A stretch of 64,000 bases of DNA, from positions 58,092,914 to 58,156,913 of the forward strand of contig NC_090394.1 in the NCBI RefSeq assembly GCF_036365525.1, read 5' to 3'. A program made the translations under genes and the position numbers. Of the stretch, positions 23,770-35,710 are shown piece by piece (the first letter of the stretch is position 1; each line of letters starts with the position of its first letter). The notes under the pieces were generated by a model that made no database searches, was not told the DNA's origin, and saw nothing but the letters and a program-made list of their open reading frames with translations. Source of the stretch: Heterodontus francisci (Eukaryota).

Positions 23770-24130
23770 CACTGTGGGCATTCACATCGTACTCCTGTGG
23801 GCTGGGAGGTGGGAGGCGTCGGGAGGGGAGTCCGACATCTTCCTGCTGCCATGCCACATTGCCAGTGGTGAGAAGGTTGGCGGCTTGGCTGCCTGCCAGG
23901 TGGCCAATTCAGCCACTTAAACAGCCAATTAAGGGCCACATCCTGCCTCTGCAGGCATTTTGGCTGTGTTGGGAGGGCCTGCCACTATGTGGGGAGACTG
24001 CCCGATGAAACCTGGTGGCCTCCCAGCAGGCTGAGGCCCGGGCCCTCTTTTATGGCCCATGGAGGGGCCCCCAGCAGCAATGGCCGCCCTTGCTGCGATG
24101 GCGCTGCTGGTGCTCAACGCCCCCCGGTGC
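23770..24130. mobile_element. MITE family A fragment
   Basis: GC-rich block with GCCACTTAA...CCAATTAAGGGCC and CCCATGGAGGGGCCCCCAGCAGCA, matching 20040-20100 and 20840-20875. Confidence 0.7.
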
Positions 24131-24272
24131 GCCTATATAGATTTTGGGAAGGCTGACCATTCGTTTCTATCAAAAGAAATCTACATTTCATTTCACTTCG
24201 CAATACATTATTCATGAACAAATTACTGCTGGTTTTCTAAGTAGTTCTGCATATAGAGAAAACATTTTGGTG

Positions 24273-24347
24273 AACATACATTTGAGGCTTTTGTGTGGAG
24301 AACATGCATTTGAGGCTTTTGTGTGGAGCACATACATTTGTGTGGAG
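24273..24347. repeat. 28-bp tandem repeat, about 2.7 units
   Basis: AACAT(A/G)CATTTGAGGCTTTTGTGTGGAG twice, plus a partial third unit. Confidence 0.9.
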
Positions 24348-25084
24348 ATGCATGTTGACTCAGTACACCTATTTACATTGCATGACATTGCAAAGGCCTA
24401 CAGCACACCATCTACAAATATAACAGATAAATGTGGAATTTGACAATGAGAAAAGGCCCATAGGAATGTTTTTAACGGAGATTTTTCAGCTGTTTTGAAA
24501 TAAAATGTCATCCACTCAGCCATTTTAGTGTAAAACATAGTGAGATAAACCTCATTTATCACTTTCTCCTTAATCACATATATAAGACATTAATTCATTT
24601 CCCAAGAATGAACTTGTGATACTGCAAATTGTAGAAAACCTTTGAAGTGAGTTTTCACCGAAACTTCAGCATCTCTAAAGCAGTAGACCTACTGATTCAT
24701 TGTGAGCAATGTCATGAAAGATCTGCTAGTTATATATTAAAACAGTATGTGTTCATGTATTTCCTATCCATCACAATTTGTTCACACTCCTAATTATAGG
24801 TAAATTTAGTAGAGGCAAATTTCTTCTAGCTGTTTGGTTAGTTTTACACATTTCAAGGCAGGTTGACTTAAAATTGATGCCAGACAATGATTCAAGAGTA
24901 CAGAACAATTATAGATCACTGACTAATGGGGGACATACCTACACTCTGGGGGAAAAAACATTAAGTTGTAATTACATGACTTAATACTCGTGTCCATGTA
25001 AAGCACCAACTTTCATGAAGTTTGAAGCCATCCAGGCCAAAGCAGTTCACTCAATTGGCACTGCTGCCACCAGACTCTATCTAC

Positions 25085-25590
25085 TCTCCAGCATTTGCCC
25101 ACTGTAGCTGCAATATGTGCAATCTACAGATAAGATACACTGCAGCAACTCACCATATTTACTTTTTTATTCATTTATGGGATGTGAGCATCACTGGCAA
25201 AGCCAGCATTCATTGCCCAGCCCTAATTGCCTTTGAGAAGGTGGCAGTGAGCTGCCTTCTTGCACTGCTGCAGTTCATGTGGTAGGGGTGGTAACTTCAA
25301 AACCACCTCCCTCCTTTGTGAATTCTACCACCAGAAGGACAAGAGTAACACTGTCATAGGAACACCATTACTCCAAAGTTCCCTCCAAGTTACGCACTAT
25401 CCTGATTTTGGCATAGATTACTGTTCCTTCATCATCACAGGGTCAATATCCTGCAATCGCATACCAAACACCATTGTGGAATACTGTCGCCACAAGGATT
25501 CAAGGAGAAGGCTCACCACCACTACCTCAATATAACTAGGGGTGGGCAATAAGTACTGCCTTGTCACCATTGGCCACATCCCAGAACAAA
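25085..25590. mobile_element. Old LINE-X 3' fragment (+) interrupted by a short minus-strand LINE-X/SINE-X tail (25165-25285)
   Basis: Matches 46340-46715 on + and 44115-44230 in the same orientation as that minus copy. Confidence 0.7.
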
Positions 25591-26134
25591 TAGATAACTT
25601 ACTGTGACCAGCACTTATGTACGCTTTGACTCTGCTTATGAATTATGCGCAGGTTGTCATGCCAACATGCTTAGTATGTGCATGTCTTGGGGCCTGGAAC
25701 TGGTTTTGGAACTGATGAAAAATGAAGAAATCCAAGCAGCAGTATAACTGATCCATGCAACAGCTGTGCACACGTCTTGTAGTGTGTGTAAAGAAATTCA
25801 GTTTCTGATTTTTTTTTTCTGACACTAATTTGGTGTTTGGAAGAAGTATTTTACATATTTGTTTTCATGCTCTTTGAATCCAGGGAATCACCAATTCTCT
25901 AAGACCCTGGGACTTCCACTGCTAGTAGTGATGATACTACTTGACATAACATCCCTAAAACCTCTGACTCAGCATGAGTAATGCCATGGGTGTTCTGCTA
26001 GTGTATATACATGCATATAATTTACCATTTAATGTAAAACCAGTTTTTATTTTCTTAACGTTTGGGTGATCATAAGCCTAAGAAAATAAAATTACAGATG
26101 TCTGCTTTTGGCAGAAGATTGGTGAGGTGAGATT

Positions 26135-26590
26135 GACTGCCCTTGACATCAAGACAACATTTGACTGAGTATGGGCATCAAGGAGTCCTAGCAAAATTGA
26201 AGTCAATGGGAATTGGGGGAAACTGTCCATTGGGTGGAGTCATACCTAGAACAAAGGAAGATGGCTGTGGTTGTTGGAAGCCAAACATCAAAGCCCCAGG
26301 ACATCACTGCAGGAGTTCTTCAGGGGAGTGTTCTAGGCCCAACCATCTTCAGCTGTTTCATGAATGATCTTCCTTCCATCATAAGATCAGAAGTGGGGAT
26401 GTTCACTGATGATTGCACAGTGTTGCTGGGTTAAAAACCTGGAACTCCCTTCTGTGGGTGTACTTACACCAGACGGACTGCAGTGGTTCAGGAAGGTGGC
26501 TCACCATCGCCTTCTCAAGGACAATTAGGGCAGGCAACAATTGCTGGCCTTGACAGCGAAGCTCACATCCCATGAAAGAATTTTTAAAAA
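26135..26590 (+). mobile_element. LINE-X (CR1-group) RT fragment with an internal deletion
   Basis: ORF 26213-26434 has ITAGVLQGSVLGPTIFSCFMNDLP...FTDDCT, then jumps directly to the 3' tail. Confidence 0.88.
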
Positions 26591-27242
26591 AACTTTTCCA
26601 ATGACCTACCAGTCTTAACTGAGGTCATGTAGCTTTTCCTTTAATGCTTTAATTGTTCTGTAAATTATGTTTTGCCGTTTCAAAATACAACATGTGCTTT
26701 TTGAAGATAACATTGGTGATAAGATTATTGCAGCTGTTCTGTTAAACATCAGTGAGACATGTCTAGTCTGACAGTGCACATGCGAAAGGTACTCCTGACA
26801 AAGTATTGATGAGAACAAATGGCCACTGAGAAAAATGCTATTACTCATTGAAAAATGGACCTTTGGGTCAGATGGCCTGAAATGCATATTAGAACACTGT
26901 CCTCTCACAGCTGAGATACTGATACCTATTCTCAGAGATATGCAGGCTTCTTGATTCTGATGGCTGAGAGCCCATTCTGTTTGGATATTATCAGGATATT
27001 TATGTACATGTATCTACAGCATGAAACTGCCCGGACAATTCATGTAATGTGAGTATAACTCAGCAAGCACACCAGAAGGATACTGTTAGGAATGGTAAAC
27101 TCATGCTTTTTAATAAAATATGTCCAGCTGAGGAATGTTTGCTCAAGTCACTTATGTATAATAAAATGGTAACCTGTCCAGTAGTACTTGCCCAAATGTC
27201 AGGAGCAGTTTAAAAAAAAAACATTAACATGTAGTACCTGCT

Positions 27243-27292
27243 GTAACCATGGCAACCTCCTCAGCCTGACTGTTACAAAGAGTTCTGACGCA
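27243..27292. promoter_or_regulatory. RFX X-box (GTAACCATGGCAAC) with a nearby CRE-like TGACGCA
   Basis: Matches the RFX palindromic consensus GTNRCCATGGYAAC in non-repetitive DNA. Motif evidence only. Confidence 0.5.
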
Positions 27293-28202
27293 TCAGTAGC
27301 ACATGTTTAACTTGCTTACTACACAGCTCATCTAGAAAAATTAACCTCTTTTCATAACCCACAGCAGAGCTACACAAACACCACCTAAATAAATTTAAAC
27401 CAAACAGAACTCCCAGAAGACGGGTGTGCCCAAAATACTATCTTGAGTGCACCCCACCCATTTGAATCCTGTTGAACCAGCTGCAGATGTTGATGCAGCA
27501 CACACTGCAGTGGGAATTTCCCATACGTATTCTGAAATATTGCTGCATAGTATTCTGCATATAACAAAAAACCTGAGCAAACATGGTGTTTAGCTGGAAT
27601 CCTAGTGGTAACTGACCAAGTATTACTTAAGGTGCTGTGGCTGCAATTTCTGCATATCATATTTTAATGGCAGGAACAATTTGAGGCACCCAATCAGAAA
27701 TTTGTTGTCATTATTCAAATCTGTTTCCTCATTGAGACAACCTGCACAAGTATATGACATCAAATGCTATTGGTGGTAAGTTTGGAGCATATTGGGAAGC
27801 ACAATACATTTCTTCACATTGGATGATATATTCTTGTGAACCACTTTTTCGAAAACAATGATGTACTGTGTGGGACATTGCATCAGTATCAACACCTGAA
27901 GGGAAGAACATATGATAGCTGAACAAATAAATGTATTACTTTAATTGATGTGACCTAGGCCTGTAATGCAGGACACCTCCAAGGTTTAAGAGTTGAAGAG
28001 AAGAGCAGATCAATCATAACACTGTGCTTCGGCTATAAAATTAATAACATTTTAAAATGACTTACTTTTCGCCTTGGATCCACTCCTCAACCGCTTTGAC
28101 CTCTTGGGAAAGCCATCACAGCTTCCTTGCACAGGTCATGGTATAGGATTGCGGTTGGGCCCTAATTACATCATCAGAGCCTAATCTGCATATTTAAAAC
28201 TT

Positions 28203-28810
28203 GGGACACGGTAACGTAGTGGTAATGTCACTGAACTAGTAATCCAGAGGCCCAGGCTAATGTCCTGGGGACACTGGTTCAAATTAAAGGCCTGCTCGGG
28301 TCTGCAATTGAAACCCGACCCAAGCCCGACAGAACCACATGTGACCCGAGCCAGATTCACATTTCCCGCCTTGACGTCCTGGCTGTCACTGTGTCCAACC
28401 CGGCTCGAGCCTATATGCTGGACCCGGAAGAGCAACCCAACCCGACACGTCATCCGGCCCGGTCGGGTTTGGGTCGGGTAGCCATGCTCTGGCCCAAATC
28501 CCACCCAAATTCAATTAATTACATTTATTAATGAATTAATAAAAATCTGGAATTGAAAGCTAGTCTCAGTAACGGTGCCATGAACCTATCACCGATTGTC
28601 GTAAAAACCCATCTGGTTCACTAACGTCCTTTTAGGGAAGGAAAGCTGCTGTCCTCATGAGGTCTCCAGACCCACAGTGATGTGGTTGACTCTTAACTGC
28701 CCTCTGAGATGGCCTAGCAAGCCACTCATTTGTCAAGGGCAATTAGGGATGGGCAACAAATGCTGGCCTTACCAGCGACACCCATATCCAGTGAAAGAAT
28801 CTAAAAAAAA
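28203..28810 (+). mobile_element. SINE family X, with its B box split by a hAT MITE
   Basis: Homologous to 21257-21715 (AAAACCCATCTGGTTCACTAA...GGGAAGGAAA...TGTGGTTGACTCT). Confidence 0.85.
28285..28491. mobile_element. hAT-like MITE family H1, short 207-bp form
   Basis: Left end TAAAGGCCTGCT; 8-bp TSD GTTCAAAT / GCCCAAAT (6/8); ACCCG repeats. Confidence 0.8.
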
Positions 28811-29667
28811 TTTAGGATGGGTAACCTGCCTACAATTTAAAATTACAATCACCTGGATAGGGGCGTGAGGCCAGAGTGCAAATCTCCTCCTTTTAAACTG
28901 ATGCCTGACTAGTTTCTGCCAGGCATTGGGAGTTAAAATTCCCTACCCTACCCCCCTCCCCCAACTTCCCTGGATGCCTGAAATGGGAAGCATTCTATTC
29001 CCTGACATGAACATCCCACACTCTAATGAGCATAGAAGCGGAACTGAATTTGAATTCTAAATTTAAATGTGTGTGGGCAGAAGAACCACTAAGTCTTTTG
29101 TTCAATGTCTGTCTTTTTTGACTTTAATTATAGGGGTGTGGGAAATTGTATGGGGTTCAAATAAATCCATTATTGCCAGTATTGTAACTTGTTAAGAAGT
29201 GTTGGTGTTACTAAGGACAAGAAGTTCCTGTTGTCCATACTTTCTGTAATAGACAGAAAATCTTATTGTAATTATGACAGTTTCTTGGCTGATGGACATT
29301 ATTAGTCATTCAACCATAAGAAAAAATTCAAAACTTAAAACTCTTACATGAGATAGCTCTTCCTTTGTGTAAGACCTATTTATATTTTGAACTTCTTGTT
29401 CTCCACTATAGCATCACTTAATCAATAAATGACTTTTGTTTGTTAACATAGAGCCACTGTTTTAATAAAAGCTAATTCAGTAGCTGTCATGAAGTTTGGT
29501 TATATTCTCAGCTCTGAGGTCGTCCTGTGGCACCGGGATATTACAGAGTGCTGGGGCTCTGATTCAGTCTTACACTCTGCTAACTTCCATCTGCTGCCTG
29601 GAATTTTCCTCGATTGTGGGAATGGATAGCAATGTTAACGTTGGTGTCGGAAAGAAAACCAGGATAA

Positions 29668-29770
29668 AGGAAATAAAAACAGAAAATGCTGGAAATACTT
29701 GAGTCAGGCAGCATCTGTGAAGAGAGAAACAGAGTTAACATTTTAGATTGATGACCGTTCATCAGAATTA
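29668..29770 (-). mobile_element. Penelope-like terminal fragment
   Basis: AAAACAGAAAATGCTGGAAATACT...GGCAGCATCTGTG matches 3165-3255. Confidence 0.8.
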
Positions 29771-30297
29771 GGATAAAGGAAAAGAAGGTTTTCACAAAAA
29801 ATTCCATTTATACAATACCTTTAATATAGAAAAATGTCCCAACATGCCCCACCAAACAGACAAAAATAGATACCTAGCCAAAGAACATGTTGGTGGACTT
29901 TGTATTTTTATAAGAGGGCTGCATGCCCTGAAAATAATTTCTGACTCTGGCTGGTCTAAATGTTAAGTGTATTAGATGGCAGGTTTTTGACAATACTAGT
30001 AATGGTACTTTCCATTCTAGGTCTGCTGCAGACATACATTAAATGCATTTTGGCCTTCCCTGACCTGCTGGACTTAAGAGATTTCTAGAGTAGAGCACTA
30101 CTGGTAAGACTTTTAATCAAGCATATAAACAAATTGGGACTCTGACTGAGGTTGTACTAAACTGTAATGAGTTTCCCAGTAATTAGGTGGAATCAGTCTT
30201 CCACAGTCACAAGTTTCTGTAGGTTCTCTGAAGGAAAGCAGTCAAAAGATGTGCGGTGAGAGCAGTCATAATATGCGTGGTGAGAAGAGAAAGTAAT

Positions 30298-30342
30298 TGT
30301 GTGTGTGTGTGTGTGTGTGTGTGTCTGTGTGTCTGTGTGTGT
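30298..30342. repeat. (GT)n microsatellite
   Basis: Directly visible, with two CT interruptions. Confidence 0.97.
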
Positions 30343-30699
30343 TTGGGGATGTGTAAGTTCCCTCCAGTTTAAAAATGTCCAAATTTAGAGATGTGTTTCC
30401 TAATGATAACTAATGGGTTTTGATTGTAAACTTTCAAATCATGTTTTAGACTTCAACCTTTTGCCATTACGTTGGTACGATCTTGATGTTCCAGTTCATT
30501 AATCATCCTCGGTGTATTCTGGGCTTTATGCCTAAATTTAATTGTCGCCTTAAGGGAAAGCCAACCAAATTTTGAGATCCTCAATCAAACCAATATGCTT
30601 TTTCAAAAAACAAAACGATTTAGAACCCAAGTTCTACAACCAAATACAGGTAACCATGGAACCAGACATGCACATTTTCTGTAGTTCACTGATTAATCA

Positions 30700-30830
30700 T
30701 TACTGCAGATGCTTGAAATCTGAAAAAAACCCAGAAAATGCTGGAAACATTCAGCAGGTCAGGCTACATCTGCGGAGAGAACAAACAAGTTAACATTTCA
30801 AGCGGTAAGAACTTCTCATCTGAACAGGAA
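30700..30830 (-). mobile_element. Penelope-like terminal fragment
   Basis: TACTGCAGATGCTTGAAATCTGAAA...CAGCAGGTCAGGC matches the other copies. Confidence 0.8.
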
Positions 30831-30923
30831 GCTATTACAGAAGGACAGCATTTAAAAAGGAAAAGGACAATGGGAGGGGGAGAAGCACACATACCAGAAA
30901 AGGAATAGAATGATCTGTATAGT

Positions 30924-31629
30924 CTTCTTTGGCCTCCTCATCTCGAGAGACAATGGGTAAGCGCCTGGAGGTGGTCAGTGGTGTGTGGAGCAGCGCCTGG
31001 AGTGGCTATAAAGGCCAATTCTAGAGTGAGAGGCTGTTCCACAGGTGCTGCAGAAAAATTTGATTGTCGGGGCTGTTACACAGTTGGCTCTCCCCTTGCG
31101 CCTCTGTCTTTTTTCCTGCCAACTGCTAAGTCTCTTCAACTCGCCACACTTTAGCCCCGCCTTTATGGCTGTCCGCCAGCTCTAGCGAACGCTGGCAACT
31201 GACTCCCACGACTTGTGATCAATGTCACAGGATTTCATGTCGCGTTTGCAGACGACTTTAAAGCAGAGACATGGACGGCCGATGGGTCTGATACCAGTGG
31301 CGAGCTTGCTGTACAATGTGTCTTTGGGGATCCTGCCATCTTTCATGCGGCTCACATGGCCAAGCCATCTCAAGCGCCGCTGACTCAGTAGTGTGTATAA
31401 GCTGGGGATGTTGGCAGCCTCGAGGACTTCAGTGATGGAGATACGGTCCTGCCACCTGATGCCAAGTATTCTCCGGAGGCAGCGAAGATGGAATGAATTG
31501 AGACGTCGCTCTTGGCTGACATAGGTTGTCCAGGCCTCGCTGCCATAGAGCAAGGTACTGAGGACACAGGCTTGATACACTCGGACTTTTGTGTTCCGTG
31601 TCAGTGCGCCATTTTCCCACACACTCTTG
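30924..31629 (-). mobile_element. 5'-truncated RTE-clade LINE with a 12-bp TSD
   Basis: ORF 31182-31622 has TKVRVYQACVLSTLLYGSEAW...RRLRWLGHVSRMKDGRIPK (RTE C-terminus); TSD GATCTGTATAGT at 30912-30923 and 31630-31641. Confidence 0.95.
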
Positions 31630-33734
31630 GATCTGTATAGTGCTTAAATGGAAAACAGAAGATCGTTAATTAGCAGAGGTGTTATGAGCATGAGACAATC
31701 AGAGGTATATATGAGACATAGGGAATGTGTGACTAGCTAAGAGGGTGGGGGATAGACGGATAGAAATGGAAGCATGAAAAACTGGCAAAGTGGACAAGGC
31801 TCCAGTGTGGCCCTAGAGCCTGGTAGAAGAGAAAAGCAGGTCAGCATCAAAAATGTAGAACATTACACCGATACAGTGTTCCAAAAGGGCATCCCCATCC
31901 CAAGCACCAGCCCGTAAACAGTCCTGCTGTGTGAAATATGTAACTAGCAGGTTGTCAAATCATTTGACTGCAGCCATTTGATCATACAAAGACATCTGCA
32001 AACTTAACCGAGCTACTTTTTGTTAAATATAGCTGGCTCATGCAAAGTTATTAACTTGGTTTGTCATTTTAGCTGGCTTAGATACAAGTGTGTCTAACAT
32101 ATTTTAGCATGTATGTGAAACTTTGCTTCAGTTTACTTGAGAATTGTTCAAATAAATTCTTTGTGTAATCAGTAGTTGGTGCAAAGTTTTAAGGATAAAC
32201 TTGTTTAGAAATTAGTAAATCCACTTAAGTGGTGTGCTCTAACAACTTCACTAAGTGAGTGAAAGCCTGACCATCTGATATGCAGCCAAATAAAGAAAAA
32301 CTTATTGCATATCTGTATTCAGAGACAGGTTATCGACTGTCGGATTTAGCTATTACAATCTGAAACTCACTGTTAGAGTGAGTAAAAATAGTGGCAGATT
32401 TCTGTAGCATCTCTGCCATCCTGTTAAGGAAAGGCTATAATACCTGAAATCTGGAATAGTGGATCTTCAAATATTTATGGAGCATTTCTTGCCCATTTAA
32501 TTTATGCAACATTTCTTTGTGTGTGTACAGCAATGTGTATTTTAAGCAATGGCTGAATACTACTATTTCACCATCAGTGTATTCCACAGCAACCAATGGG
32601 AAATGTAATTATTGGGCTGCTCCCAGTAGGCAGCTAAAGTCCTGAATTGTAGAACGATTCATTCTTTGCTTCAGTTGAAGCCAATTACAGGTGCCTCCAA
32701 TTCAGAGCAACCTTACATTTTTTAAAAAGTACGCCATCAAGTATTCATTGTTATTTCTGTCTTTGATATTGTGGCCTTGAATTTTCTAGGACTTCCTTGA
32801 AGTCTCAGCTTTTTGAACAATATACATTTCTTTAAAACAATCTTGATTCACATCAGCATCCATTTCTGCTGCTGTTCTGCAAATTTGTTTGAATATTTTC
32901 CTCTAAACATCCTGCAGAGAGAGACTTTCATTCTATTTTTTTGGCCTGAATTTAACGCAGGTCCCCCGAGGTGAATGGGCAGTGTGCTAATCGTAATGCC
33001 GCTCAGGTCCTGTTTTTAATAAATTGTTTTAAAGTCACTACAGATGGGAAGATTTTGATTTTCTACAAATTAAGTCTCCAGTGTTTTCCTATGTAAATTC
33101 ATATGAATAATTGGTGAAGTTGAGAAAAATTCAGAATCCAATAGAATTTATTTTTTTATCAATTTGGTCATAAACCCATATCTTATTAGATTGATGGTAA
33201 TTGTTTAAGGCACTAGAATAATGTGTATTATTTTAAACTCACTTGGCAGATGACATTCTGCTTTTTAATCCAGAAACTATTTTATATAGCAGAGTGCGAA
33301 TTACCTGGCCTGTTTAAGCACAATGAGACATTCTTTTATAAATGTTAAAGATGCTATATAGATGCAAGTGGCTGTATTTGTTCCAAATAGAGGCTCTTTC
33401 AAAAAAAAATCCTGAAATTATATTTGAATTTGTAGCTACTTTTGTTTCATCTCGTACCTTGGCAAATAAATAAAACTCAATTAAAAAAACAAATGGTGTG
33501 CCAGGCACTTGGTACCCAATCCTGTGTGCAATACTGATGCTGTGTGCTGAAAAATGAGTTCATAAACTCAGTCAGGCAAAGGTTAAGAAAGTCTACAGGC
33601 AAATCACTGCTGGCTCTTGAGGAATCGTCTAAAGAAGAATGTAAGTTGTTTGGTTTACCCATTCAGATGAATAAGAATGCATGTCATGGGGGTTACCGAA
33701 AAGAAGGTAAGCAGAAAGCAAGAATTATTATTTT

Positions 33735-34112
33735 CTTATTCTTTCATGGAATGTGGGCGTCGCTGGCAAGTTGCCAGTCCCTAATTGCTCTTGACAACTG
33801 AGTGGCTTGCAGACGGTAGTTAAGAGTCAACCACATTGCTGTGGGTCTGGAGTCACATGTAGGCCAGACCGGGTAAGGACAGGAGATTTCCTTCCCTAAA
33901 GGACATTAGTGAAGCAGATGGATTTTTACAACAATCGATAGTTTCGTGGCACCATTACTGAGATTAGCTTTCAATTCCAGATTTTTATTAATTAATTGAA
34001 TTTAAATTCCACTAGCTGCTGTGCTGGGAGTTGAACTCGTAACTCTAGGGCATTAGCCTGGGGCCTCTGGATTACTAGTTCAGTGACATTACCATTACGC
34101 AATGTCTCCCCC
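33735..34112 (-). mobile_element. SINE family X
   Basis: Reverse complement of the 21257 and 28203 copies, including the tRNA-like head and tail. Confidence 0.87.
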
Positions 34113-35049
34113 AAATACTGTGATGTCCAATATTTTTTGAAGAACTGTGTAATATGACATCAAATGTTAAGATGTTTTTGTGTGATTTCTAGTTAGGTGA
34201 TGCAAAAATGTGACTCTTACTGACTCACCAAAGTCGGGCACCAACTGAAGCAGCCTTTGATGTGCGAAGTTCTGGTATTATTGAACTACAGTGGCTATTC
34301 AAGCAGTACAAGCCAAAATCATCTATTTTTCCCTAATGTTATTTTCTCACATAAAAGAAATAGCTATTTAAAAAAAAAAATCAGGTACCTCATGCCTTCC
34401 AAAATTCTAAGCAACTCTATATGCAAATGAATAGCACACCTCTTTCAGGCATCTCCTCTGAAGGATTGGGACTGCAAAATGTTTCCCATTTCATCTGCCA
34501 ATGCATAATTCTGGGAAATGCTGTCAAGTAGATGGTGAGTAATCTATTATCTAGTTAAAAAGAAAATAAATCTGTTCGCATTAGCCCAGTAATTAAATGC
34601 ATGCAATATTTCTGTTGCAATGTCTACTTTCATTTGTACTATGTTGCAGCACTGTTTTACTTCAGCCAGATTTTAAAATTGTACACGTACCGCTGCTATA
34701 AAACATGTATTGGGTTTAAGAGTAGGAGATTTTGTCTTGGTGCCATTCATCTATCATTAAGTCTAAGACTCATTTTAAATTTTCAGATGTCTTCCTCCAA
34801 TTGGCTTCAGATTCATCATTTTAAATAAAAAAGAAATTGCAGGCCCTAAATTTGGATCATTGCTAACAACGATGAGACATTGGCAAAATTGATACAAAAG
34901 GTTGAACATATCTTACAGTACAAAAACAGTGTAAAACTTGTAAAAATTTGGTCCTTCGTGACACTGTTTTCTTGTTTCAGTATTTTCCAAATGGACCTCT
35001 GAAAAATCTTGATTTGAAACTTCACAAGTTATCTGCAGAAAAACATGTA

Positions 35050-35710
35050 GGCCGGAATTTTACGCCACCCCAGCGGGTCGGATGGTGGCGTGGGGGCGGC
35101 ATAAAATTGAGCGGCAGGCTCCGGGAGGCCTAACCGCCCCGATTCCGCCTCCAACCAAGTTTATGGAGGTCCGGTGGGGGATGGGGCGGAGCGGGGGGTG
35201 GGACGGAGCGGAGGGTGAGAAGCGGCCTGCCCGCCCGAGGCCAATCAGGACCCTTAAGTAGCCACTTAAGGGCCCTCGCCCGCCTACACGGGTATTTTAC
35301 CTGTGGCAAGTGGGTGTGTCAGGGATGTGAAAGGCCGCCCAGCTATAGCTGCCGGCCTTTCCACACCCCTCCCAACCCGACCCCGGGATCCAAGGCACCC
35401 CCCTCCCCTCCCCAAACGACCACCCTAGCCTCACCAGGGCACGACCGATTCCCCTGGTGAGGCAACCCAAACTTACGTTCAGTCTCGGCTCCTTGGTATC
35501 CTCCTCGGTGGGTTGGGCTGCAGTCCTAGCAGTGGCCACCGCTCCCAGTGGCGCTGCTGAGACTAAGCTGCCGGCCCGCTGATTGGCGGGATCTCCTCCC
35601 TCAAGTGGGTGGAAGTCCCACCTAGGGCCAATTAAAGCCTGTGGATCCGTAAATTACGGGATATTTACATCGGAGTCCGGCTCCCGTCCGCCCACTGTAA
35701 ATTTTCGGCT
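35050..35710. mobile_element. GC/CpG-rich MITE family A (PIF/Harbinger-like), apparently complete
   Basis: TIR GGCCGGAATTTTAC / GTAAATTTTCGGCT; 3-bp TSD GTA on both sides. Confidence 0.85.

Noticed and set aside
24273-24347. 28-bp repeats as a CRISPR-like array
   Set aside because: The units are directly adjacent with no spacers, there are no cas genes, and the context is vertebrate.
27729-27926. Minus-strand ORF with a decent acceptor (GVDTDAMSHTVHHCFRK...)
   Set aside because: Weak donor, unrecognised peptide, and opposite to the inferred host strand.
33544-33801. 85-aa ORF with GTAAG donor-like sites
   Set aside because: No good upstream acceptor, the 3' part runs into SINE-X, and no homology is recognised.
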